From the NCBI RefSeq assembly GCF_009914755.1, contig NC_060929.1: 64,000 bases of DNA. One strand, 5' to 3'. Under the pieces are notes generated by a model. It was not told the origin of the DNA and made no database searches. It saw nothing but the letters and a program-made list of their open reading frames with translations. Positions 14,155 through 24,725 of the stretch are shown piece by piece. Each line of letters opens with the position of its first letter. The stretch's first letter is position 1. The translations under genes were made by a program, and so were the position numbers. This stretch comes from the human T2T-CHM13v2.0 reference genome, Homo sapiens.

Positions 14155-14830
14155 TGTGACAACATAATTGTGTACTCACTGTATATGCCTCTCCACACTT
14201 CCCATTGCACCTGACTGAAGCTGAGGTTATGTGACTAGCCCTGGACAATTGACTATGTGTGGAATTAATAGGTATTACTCGATGTACAGTATATAGCATG
14301 AGTTTGAGGTTGCTAAATTCTTTATTCCCCGGGAATGAGACTTTGAGATGATGATGATGATGTCAAAATATTTAAGTAGGCCTGGCGCGGTGGCTCATGC
14401 CTGTAATCCCAGCACTTTGGGAGGCCAAGGCGGGCGGATCACGAGATCAGGCGATCAAGACCATCCTGGCTAACACGGTGAAACCCTGTCTCTACTAAAA
14501 ATACAAAAAATTAGCCGGGCGTGGTGGTGGGCACCTGTAGTCCTAGCTACCCAGGAGGCTGAGGCAGGAGGCGAAGCTTGCAGTGAGCCGAGATGGCGCC
14601 ACTACACTTTAGCCTGGGCGACAGAGCGAGACTCCGTCTCAAAAAAATAAAAATAAATAAAAAAAATTAAAGCATTCTGGCCTGCTTGGTAGTCAAATGT
14701 GTTCAGATTTCAAATGTGGCATGGTCTCTGATCTGCAGATTGAATGAGCAAGAAATATATCTTTGCTGTGTTAAGCCACTGGCATTTGGGACCTACGTTG
14801 TTACCACAGTATGACATAACCTACTCTAGC
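14155..14830. mobile_element. Old MLT1-type LTR interrupted by an Alu
   Basis: ggttatgtgactagccctggacaat ... tgagcaagaaatatatctttgctgtgttaagccactg...tgttaccacag. Confidence 0.55.
14379..14666 (+). mobile_element. AluY-like SINE with a ~19 bp right-arm deletion
   Basis: CTAACACGGTG and CTTGCAG diagnostics. GAGGCAGGAG joins directly to GCGAAGCTTG. Confidence 0.95.
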
Positions 14831-15631
14831 AAGTGTTCTAGGGCTTCAAATTTTATTTTCGATTTTGAAAAGAAGTTTAGTAACGTTAAAAGAAGTTTAT
14901 TTTATGCCAGCACTTACAGTCTTTCACAGTATGTTTCTTATAGAAAAGCAAGTCCAAGTGGTTTCTCTGGAATATAATTGCCTACGTCATACGTGTAGCA
15001 TCAACAAAACATCACTGGCTTTCTTTGTTGGGACTAGTGAATGGTATCTAAGAAAGTTCATTCTGTGGAGATCGGAGATGAGAGAAGCAATTGCTTCCTG
15101 AGGTGGTACTTTATCCTAATCAAATCCTCTCTCTGGGAAATACAAATTCTAGGTACACAGGAAGAAGCGAGGTACTGGAGTTTAGCCCCAATTTTTTAAA
15201 TTATACTGAGCTCAGGCTCCAATTCTCCATGAGATCATTTATATGAGCTTGGAAGTCTGAGATCCAAAATAAATGTCAAGCTGCCAAGGATGTTTCCCCA
15301 GCTATTTTCCTTTCTATGTGTCCTTACAATAAATCCACAGCAACGAAGATAATCTGACCTTGTCTTTTCTTGGAAATCACAAAGAACTTAATAAAGATAT
15401 TTATTTCTTTTTTTAAAAGCATGTTTTCAAAGGCTGGAATGATACTGGCATGTGTATTACCCTAAGTGTCCTACAAAATTGTAACCTAAGTATGCTATAC
15501 TTTTAACAAGGTGTTCCACAATTACATTTTCTAAAATGGGTATCTATTTGTAGTTATCTGCAAAAATTACAATCAGCAGATTCCAAATTGTTATGAATTA
15601 TGTTGCTTTTCTAATTTTTAAGTTTATGTGC

Positions 15632-15638
15632 TGTGTGT

Positions 15639-15669
<31 letters not shown>
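15632..15669. repeat. (TG)n microsatellite
   Basis: Read directly from the sequence. Confidence 0.95.
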
Positions 15670-15670
<1 letters not shown>

Positions 15671-16189
15671 TATCAGAAACTCAGATTGCTGCTGTCTTTT
15701 TTCACAAGAAAGCCCTGTTTATCCTTAATAAGACAACTTTGCATGCAAAAATTTTGCAACTAAAATGACCTAGAAGGACACGTGCTTTTTAGCATACTAA
15801 TTGCTTTTGCCATGACGAGAAAATAATATCTTGTAGCTGGCTTTGCATTTCCTAAGCTACATATGTAGACATCCACATCCAGGAGGAAAATTCATTTTAA
15901 TGTGCTTTGTAATTTTCATAAATGATTGCCTAGTGGACCTGCAGGTCCCACTGGGCCTTGGGTACGGTACAGCACATGGATTTGCAGCTGTGATATTATT
16001 ATAGATGTGTGACAGCTCAATTGAAAAATAATGCCAAAAGGGAGGAGAAGTCAAGTTTAATGGCCATTGCAAGCTAAAATGTTAATCTAGTTATTGTTTT
16101 AGTGTTTAATTAATAATAATTGGTTTCTTAAAACATCTAGGTAAAAATTATAGATGCCAAGTCCTCATTAAAATGATGAGCATGCTGGT

Positions 16190-16520
16190 TGTCTTAGTAC
16201 ATTTTCTGCTGCTATAACAGAATGCCAAAAGTTTATAAACAATAGAAATGTATTTGGCTTATGGTTCTGGAGGTTCGGAAGTCCAAGAGCATGGCACAGG
16301 CCTCTCTGGCAAAGGCCTTATCATGTGGCAAAAGGGTACAAGGGCTAAAGAGCAGAAAGGTGAGGGAACAAGTGAGCACAAGAGACAGAGGGAGAAAATT
16401 AGGAAATTTTCATTTTTTTAATCAGGATCTTACTCCCACAATAACTAACCCACTCCCTGGATAATGCATTTAACCATTCACAAGGGAAGAGTCCTCATGA
16501 CCTATTCACCTCTTAAAGCC
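16190..16520 (-). mobile_element. MST-type (MSTC/D-like) MaLR LTR, partial
   Basis: TGTCTTAGT...ctgctataacagaatgcc...tggttctggagg...aagtccaagagcatggca...cctcatgacctattcacctcttaaag. Confidence 0.8.
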
Positions 16521-17076
16521 TGTGAGATCAAGTGAGGTATCTTAGAGAGTGTAGAGACTAGAGAAAAGCAGGCTTAGTGCAAACCTCAGAGACACACTAG
16601 AACTTACATGGTCAGAGGGCCCCGAAAACAAACAAACAAAACAAAAAAAAACCCCCAAAAAACCCAGAAAGAATTATCCACAGTAAGAAATGGAAGAAGA
16701 GAGAGTTTAATGTCACAGGACCCAAGAGAATAATATATTTTAGGGGAGAAGTAGTTGTTATAAATAGTGACAAACAATTTAGAGAGATCAAGTCCGATAA
16801 TGCCTGAAAAATGGCCATTGTATTTAACATCTAGAGACTTTTTCCTATCTTTGTTGAGATCAGATTCAATAGAATGGTAAGGGAAGAAGACAAATGATCA
16901 TGTGTTTAATGTTTGATGTACAAGAGATAAATGAGTAGAGACATTCTCTCAAGCAAGTTGACCCTAGAAGAAAAGAACAAGAGATGCTGCTAGTTTGATA
17001 GGGATATTAGATTAGAATATATGATATATATATACATATATATATATGTATATGTATATGTATATATATATATAAA

Positions 17077-17354
17077 CTCACCCATAATTTTGCAAAATGA
17101 CAGGAGCATAATGGTTCTAAGTAAAATAGCATTAAGTGACTCTGAAGCATCCACTATTTCCAGTTTTGAACTGAAATGAAGCCAACAGAAACAAACAAGT
17201 TTATTACAGGCCTCTGCCAAATGAATAGCAGAAAATAATCTATTGCAAAAAATGAAAAGCCCCCATTATTTTTGCTCACGTCCCTTACAGTGTGCTATCA
17301 GTGTATAACAAAATTAAAGCCTGATGCATTTAGAAATAATATTTTTAACACTTA
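17077..17354. repeat. Copy 2 (probable derived copy) of the local duplication
   Basis: About 94% identical to 11981-12263 and flanked by TA-rich tracts. Confidence 0.95.
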
Positions 17355-17395
17355 TTAAAATGTTAAAATATGGTACATATATGAATATATACCTT

Positions 17396-17471
17396 ATGGA
17401 TTGGTGCAAAATAATTGCGGGTTTTCCCATTACTTTCAATGCCAAGACTGCAACTAGTTTTGCACCAACCA
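17396..17471. mobile_element. MADE1 (Hsmar1-derived mariner MITE)
   Basis: TTGGTGCAAAATAATTGCGG...TTTTGCACCAACC matches the recalled ~80 bp palindromic MADE1 consensus. Confidence 0.9.
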
Positions 17472-17474
17472 CAT

Positions 17475-17478
17475 GTGT

Positions 17479-17517
<39 letters not shown>

Positions 17518-17715
17518 CACACACAAATATACATACGTATGCATGTATATGTATGTATATGTGTGTATGTATACGTATATATGTGTATGTATCTGTATGT
17601 GTGTATGTATACATATGTGTATGTATATGTATATATGTGTGTATTATATGTATATATGTATTATATGTATCATATCAAAAATATCTCATATACATATAAA
17701 TTATATATATAATAT
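17475..17715. repeat. Compound (TA)n/(TATG)n low-complexity tract
   Basis: Read directly. It explains the Y/I/C/V-rich spurious ORFs here. Confidence 0.95.
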
Positions 17716-18105
17716 AGGTATTTGATGATATTTAAATTCTTTCAGAAAGAAGTCAGTAGAAGAAGATATACAAGATAAAAAAGGGAAAAAGGAATTGTTA
17801 ACAGATAATTGGGCACAGAAGGTACCAGATGCAGATATATAGAAACTAGTTTATCTTTTTCTTTGCATTGAAAAATACAAACCATGGTATTACAAAAAGC
17901 AATACTGAGTATTCATATATCTAAATGTTTTAACTCAGCTTAGATGATCATCCCATCCTTGATTCTTTGTCTTCAAACTTTCTCAAAGATTCTGGAATCA
18001 GATGTTAGGACAGTCATGCATTGAATGATTTTACCTGGCTTTTTGAAAGAATTAAAAATATAAAGAAGCTAAGTAAGTAGATATGCCACTCCTTTACCAT
18101 ACTTC

Positions 18106-18868
18106 TGTTATCAAACTGAAGGGGAATCCACTCTTATGTACAGCAAGGCCATATATCCACACAGAGGTTTGCAGTGAGAGAAAGAAGTGTGCTTGCAGGG
18201 CACCAGGCAAGGTAAATTGGGTAGCTCAAAGGTAAGACCCAATTTTCCCAATGGCTCACAGGTAAGGATTTTTAATAGCAGGGAGGCAGTTAAAGCAACC
18301 TCACAAATCAATACGTAGAGGCCATACATTGTTTTGACCTAAAAAGACAAGACATCTCAAAGCAGGGGCTTACAGGTCATAGGTAGATTCAAAGATTTTT
18401 CTGATTTTCAATTGGTTAAGAAGGTGAAGCTTTGTCTGAACTTTGGGGTCAGCAGAAAAGAATGTTAGCTCTGACTGTAGGTGTGACTTCCTCCAAACCC
18501 CTCAGGAAGAATTTCAGAATAAAGAACAGCTGTCAGAGGTCAGTCCTCAGTTCTCCTATGTCTGAGGTCTACCTGCCAGTGAATCTCTATGGTGGGGGAT
18601 CCAGGTTTCTGAAAAACAACTCAGAAACATAAGTTATCTTTAGTTTCTGTAGGGAACATCCCATAATTCTAACCTCCATGGCTATTGTTTTAAGCTACTG
18701 TTACCTTCTTGCTTCTAAAGTTACTCTTTTACTTCTTAGTGCTAGTTAGTTAGTTGCTTAGTTAGGTTCCCTTGAAGGAACTCAAGATTTTCCTTTATTT
18801 CCATGCTGGTTGCGGAGTGTTGCAGGGTGCCCAGCAGCCCCCTTAGAGGGTGTCCCTGTTCTGTTTCA
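18106..18868 (-). mobile_element. ERV1-class solo LTR (MER4/LTR8 group-like, subfamily unresolved)
   Basis: TG...CA termini; ggggcttacaggtcataggtagattcaaagattttctgatt; ttcccttgaaggaactcaagattttcctttatttccatgct. Confidence 0.75.
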
Positions 18869-19003
18869 CCTTTACAACTTGTGCACAGTTACGTATGGTT
18901 TGTACAGGAAAATAAGTGAAGCAATAGTCCCAAATTGTATAACTTTAACATTCTTATAAGTTTCTATGGAAATACCATACAAAACCTTATCTCTTTCCAT
19001 TTT

Positions 19004-19055
<52 letters not shown>
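19004..19055. repeat. Perfect (TCTA)13 tetranucleotide STR
   Basis: Counted directly. Confidence 0.97.
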
Positions 19056-19056
<1 letters not shown>

Positions 19057-21265
19057 TCCCATGTATTTTTTTGTGTTTCAGATGAAAGGTTTAATTCTGT
19101 AATTTCTGTGTATTTTATAAGCGTACTTGTGTTTATTTAGTAAATCTGTATTCTGTATATTTTTTCAAATTACGTGGAAATATATATTTAGTTAAATAAA
19201 GACTATAGGAATGAAACCTTCACCAGAACCTTAAAAATATACTTGAGGAAGTTACTCTGTTAAAAAATATAAATAGGCAGATGTCCAATTATTTAGTTGC
19301 TTTTAGAAATATAGTTTCCCCTCGAGGCAAAAACATCATCTGGATTCTGAATTAAAGCTCTCAAGTATAGAAGGATTAAATATAGAAGAAAATTGATTAG
19401 CTTTTTATACAACTATCTCGTAATCCAATTCACCAAAAAATTATACAGTGCACAATGACCATTTAATTTATAAAGAGCTCATTAATTTCATTGTTGTTTT
19501 AATCAATGTTCAAAGAGGATTTTGAAGATATTGCTGCTATGTGGCTTAAGGCCGTACATATCCACATTCAATCCCAAATGCATTTTATAACAGATGGGAA
19601 TAAAAATGACATGGACTCATAGCAATCTGAAAATGACTTTATAGTTTGCTAAATTTATACAACATTTTCACTTAAAATGAAGAATTTTTAGAAAGCAACA
19701 TACTCATTTTTAATTTCTTCATGTATCTTTCCTTGGACAGATGGAAAAAAGCCAAACAATAACTAACAATGTATCAACAACATAATGGAATTCGTGCTTT
19801 AACAAATTGACTAAATAATGGCTCACATTTAGAAAAATTGATTTTTAAGTAGTCTATTTACAGTCTTCATCTATATTTTAAAGACATTTATTTCAAAGGT
19901 TTTAAACACTGTATATTTGGTTTGTTAGGTAATGCAATGTATCACGTTTTGGCTTTAGGGCAAAGAAAATAAACATACCAACTACTCTAGAAACAAGAGC
20001 TTCCAAGAAGAGTGAGAGAGAAAGGGACTGAGAAGACTGCTGAAACTTCTGAGGAAAAAAAAAAGAATCTGGCATATTCTAGCATCTTCCATCAGGGAGG
20101 CCATAGAGAAAGTCACAAGAGCTTAGGACAGGTGGAATAACGCCTACAATTCCTCCTGCTGTGAGAGGTGTGCAAATTAAACTTCACTGGCTCCACAGGT
20201 AAGAGTAAAAGGCATTGCAAAGCCAGCCACCCCTCCCTACAGGAAAATTCACGACACTGAATTCTAGGAGCTGCTACGTACATGAAACTCTCCAGACCCT
20301 ACCCACAGAAATGAAGAAATGACCCCAATATTGCATGAAATGTGTTCCTAGCAAGAAAACTACATCATACCATAGTAGCTGACTCTGCTATTTTGAAAAT
20401 CAATGTTTCTTGATTATGAGTTAATTTAACCCTTTACGTTTACAACAGAGGTAGGTAGTGACTTGAGCCTTATTTCATCCTTCATGGCACATTAAGGCAG
20501 AGAAAGCAAACCACAAATCTCCCCATAATTAAGAAATTAAGTTCTATGCAAATCATACAAATTCTTATAATCATCTTCCACTTAACTTCGAATGTGGAGA
20601 CTTGACCTTAGCACAGCAAATTTTAGGTTGATTTCCCTCTCAGCAGCTGCCTGCCTCTTTTTAAATGACTCACCAAGCTTATCATATATCATACACTTGT
20701 TTAAAGGTCTTGGCCTTAATTAGCAAGGGTACAATTCAATAGCACATGTAGTAATTGTCCTGGAGGTAAAAGCTTAATGTCAACTAAAGTGACAAATCAC
20801 AAACATCAGGTCAGCCAGATGCACAAGTTAGCAAAAGAAAAAGATTTTTTCAAAAAAATATGTAACCCTCCGGAACCAAAATGCCATGTGATCTTGCAGA
20901 AGAAGTAGGCTATGTGTTCATTTGTTTGTTGATTTTCTTGTTTGTTTTGAGGCAAAGGGACTAAGAAATCAGTGATATTTTTCTTCAGCATAGTTTATAT
21001 TTACATACTGTATTTACATTTGGAGAGAAATTAAATTTTCAGTAGAAAGAAACTCCTATGTACAGGATTATAAAAATGTAAAAGAAATATATATGAAGCA
21101 CCAAACTTTTTAGGTCAAGCACAAGAGAAACCTGGGTAATTTAAGAAGTAGAAACAATTGGAAAATCACTTTCGGCCATGAATCGGGCAAGACTCAATTT
21201 CCCAGCAGAAAAACCTGGGGTGGAGTTTCACATCCATCTGTTGGATGGTCAAGCAGCCAAAAGTA

Positions 21266-21314
21266 TACCTTTTGTATACTTTTGTATACTTTATTCAAAA
21301 GTATACAAAAGGTA
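21266..21314. repeat. Perfect 19-bp inverted repeat with an 11-nt spacer
   Basis: TACCTTTTGTATACTTTTG (21266-21284) and CAAAAGTATACAAAAGGTA (21296-21314). Confidence 0.95.
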
Positions 21315-23436
21315 AGGGAGAGAAGTTATAATTGGATATCTGGCCTGTACCTTACCAATACCCTTAGGTACATTTATTTTCTGCTAAAATTATCAATAGT
21401 TTATTTTCCTTGCTATTTCAAAGGCAGACTAATCTGCTCTTACACCATTAAGCCTATGCGGTACCTGCCTACAATGTATCAGGTACCACATAGTATAAAC
21501 TGAAAATTGATAATTAAATAACCTTAAGTTTTTGAACTCAACCCATACTAACATAAATAGGATTGACAACTGAATTTGCAGTCCAAGAAGAGCTATGCTA
21601 GATGCATGTGGCTAACAACATTTTTTCATGAAGCAATTTGTGATATTCTACAGGAAAGGAAAGATAGATCTTTAGGTAGAAAAATATCCCGGAGCTTACC
21701 ACCCATCCATGTCAGCCCTACTGTTCACCGTTGGAAAACAACGACAACTGTTTGTAAGTTGACCATAAAATGAAATTTAAGTTTGGCTGCCTTCTTTCAT
21801 CATAATATCCCTGGCACACTTGCTTCTATTTGTCTGATTATTCCCTTATCCACTGCAGAGGAGAGGATTACTTTATTGCTAAGACATGAGGGAGAAAAGA
21901 AAACCTCTCTTGAATTTAGAGGACATTAAAAACTCCTCATAGCATCCTAGTGTGGTTGTATGTTTGTGTTGGAGGGGAAATTTTCCCATGTGATATACCC
22001 GCTGATAATTCTCTAGATAATCTGTCTACACAATGTTTCAAAAATGTTTGCAAAACAAAATAGTTATGAACACATAAGCTATTTGAAAGTGTATTTCTGG
22101 ACAACATGCTATGCACAAATATTTTGATTCTTTAAAAGTAATAATTTAATATTTTAGTGCAATAAAGGAACTCACAGTCTACTAAACTTCAAAAATTGCT
22201 TCTAATCTAGAGCATCCCCTGTGACTTTTTAAATAAATTTTAATGTATATTTATTATTAAGGGTAATAAAGTAGCACAGCTTATTTAAAACACAATAATA
22301 GGCTTATTAAACTTTGGTAAATTGCTTGCGGATTCTTCAGAGAGATTTTCTTTTGCCTAAAATAGTGCCCTCCTTCTCTGCAGAGTCTCATGAACTTTAT
22401 ATCCCCTGACTGGGATTAGAATTCTTTCTGCTGCAGTGGAGCTACATTCTAAGTGTGTTGTCATGAACAGCCAGTGTCCCAAGATAATACATTGAAAAGG
22501 TCATTGAGATGTCTTTGGGATTGCACAAGAATATGGTAGGAGTGAAGCAATTGACTTGTAAATTTGGCTACTTTGTGTCCACACTTTTTTATTCACTCTA
22601 TCATAAACATTAACACTGTAGAAATATTTTATTTTTCTTGAAGCCTCTTGCAACACCTCTCCTTCTGAAAAACACACACATTCTCATCCTGATGAAGCCA
22701 GTTTGCTAATCAGCCAAGGTGCACCAAAAAGTCAAGTGCAATCACGTATTAAGAAAGAAGCTATGAGGGAAAAAGGTATTTAAGAATCAGAAGCAGAAGT
22801 CATATTAGGTGTAAATGCTTCTGTCTCTAAACTTAGAAGATTTTTCTTCGTGACATTTAATTTCTGTTCTCATCTATATTACTCATCTGCCTTTCTAATT
22901 AACATTTTGCATTAACTGCCAATATCAACCTCTTCTATTGGTTTATGTCAATATGAAGCTAATTCCTTTCAGCAAAGTAGGTCTTGAAGCAGTTCTAACC
23001 AACCATAGTGAACTCTAAAGAGATGGCTTGTTTAGACGTAAGTCAATGTTTTTGTTCAGTTCCTCAATTTTTAAAATAGAAACATCATTGTTTTATTCAC
23101 AACTGTTTAATGTGGTCAAATCAAGGGATGTTGCAGGTGAAACTTCTGTTCCAATAACTTTCTGTAGTAATGCATGATAATAATTATTGAGACAAATAGA
23201 CTAAAAGACCATTCTCACATTGACCTTTGGGAACTAACTTTGGATCATGCTTACTGGTTTTAAAGAATCTTCTATAAAAATATAACCTAGGAATGGGATT
23301 AAAACAGACGTGGCTCCTACAAGAACTCATTTCTACCATGACCCTGACAATTTAAACCACACAGAAATACAATTAATCAGCATTGGGAAACTGTTCAGGA
23401 TTATAAGATCAAATGAAAATTGTTTTCCTCTAAAAC

Positions 23437-23620
23437 AGCGTTTCTCAACCATAACAGAATACAAAAAACCCATGAGGAGCTTTTAACAAAGTACTCACGT
23501 CCAGATCTCAATGAACGAACCGAACAAACGAAAGTCAAGATTTTCTGGTGATGAGACCCACACATTGGTATTATTTCAGAGCTCCCCAGGTGCCGCCAAT
23601 GAGTAGCTAGGGTTGACTAG
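23437..23620. mobile_element. MER5-like remnant
   Basis: cagcgtttctcaacc...ggagcttttaa...agctccccaggtg...gctagggttga. Confidence 0.6.
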
Positions 23621-23633
23621 AAAGGACAATGTA

Positions 23634-23640
<7 letters not shown>

Positions 23641-23672
<32 letters not shown>
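23641..23672. repeat. (AC)16 microsatellite
   Basis: Read directly from the sequence. Confidence 0.95.
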
Positions 23673-23673
<1 letters not shown>

Positions 23674-24006
23674 ACAAAACTCCCAAAGTAGTCATTTCAA
23701 GATTCCAGTGAATTGGATTAAAATTTATTCCCTGAGTTTCTAAGATTCATAGATAGAGATGTTCCCTAAACCATAGTGGCAAAATTTCTCATGGATATTT
23801 TGCTGAATAAGAAATGCACACGTTTTCCAAAATACATTAGTTGGCTGATAAAGATTGAAAAAGACTTCAAAGAGGATAGAGTTGAGCACAGCATTCCTCA
23901 GTTCAGAACTATTGGGGGAAATTCATAAGACTTCAAGAACCAAGAACTGTGTTTATCAGAAATAAATTCTTTAATACTATGGTTGCTTTTATGTTTTTCT
24001 TAGAAC

Positions 24007-24423
24007 TGCTAAACAAATTTATGGGAGGCCATTGTTTTAGGCTCCTACACTAGGCCCCATCAGACCAGATTACACCTGAATGGAATCACTTGTATAAAGT
24101 GCCACGTAATGAACCAGAACTATGAAAGGGGCTAGTTTTCCCCAAATCCACAGATTCCAGGAAACATGAGTCATTGTAACAAGGAAGTCCACATGTGTTT
24201 TAACCCCGTAAGGAAAGTAACTTGGAAATGAGCAACCCACCTTTTGTTTTCTGCTTCTGCTTTCTTCAGTTCTTTTCTGCCTATAAAGCCAAACCCTTCT
24301 GCTTAGCTCATCAGAACACTTACTCTATTTTACAAAATAAGATGTTGCCTGATTGTAGAATTATAAATAAAAGCCAGTTAAGATCTTTAAACTAAATTTA
24401 TTGTTTTTTTTTTTATTTTGACA
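24007..24423 (+). mobile_element. ERV1-class solo LTR (LTR37-like)
   Basis: TG...CA termini; tatgggaggccattgtttt...cactaggcccc; TATA-like ctataaa; AATAAA followed by gccagttaagatctttaaactaaattt. Confidence 0.75.
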
Positions 24424-24689
24424 ATTCTTTCAGATATTTTCCAAATAATTCTTACAAAATGCTACTTAAAAACAAATCATTATTCTCTTGGAGGTCATCT
24501 ATGTTAAATATTAATTTTTTCTGTCATTGAAAGAAATACAACATGATTTTTTGCTTGTTATTCTTGTGGGTCGTTTTTTCTCCATCATGAATTTGTTATC
24601 AAACTTAGGAATTTTCTGGATGTAATATTATTTATTACCTCAGTTGATTCTTCATCAGTTTAGAAGCCCATTTTTTAGCATGTGCATAA

Positions 24690-24692
<3 letters not shown>

Positions 24693-24724
<32 letters not shown>
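24693..24724. repeat. (CT)16 microsatellite
   Basis: Read directly from the sequence. Confidence 0.95.

Positions 24725-24725
<1 letters not shown>

Larger units (their letters stand above)
16520..17800 (-). mobile_element. L2 remnant split by a ~700 bp composite insert (~17020-17715)
   Basis: Purine-rich L2-like sequence (gagagatcaagt...ggccattgtatttaacatc...gtagagacattctctcaagcaagttg) resumes near 17720 (tttaaattc...agtcagtagaag). Confidence 0.5.

Noticed and set aside
17314-17725. Overlapping 76-133 aa ORFs
   Set aside because: They are translations of TA/TG low-complexity DNA, which lacks stop codons. The same applies to 39810-40249 and 48237-48578.
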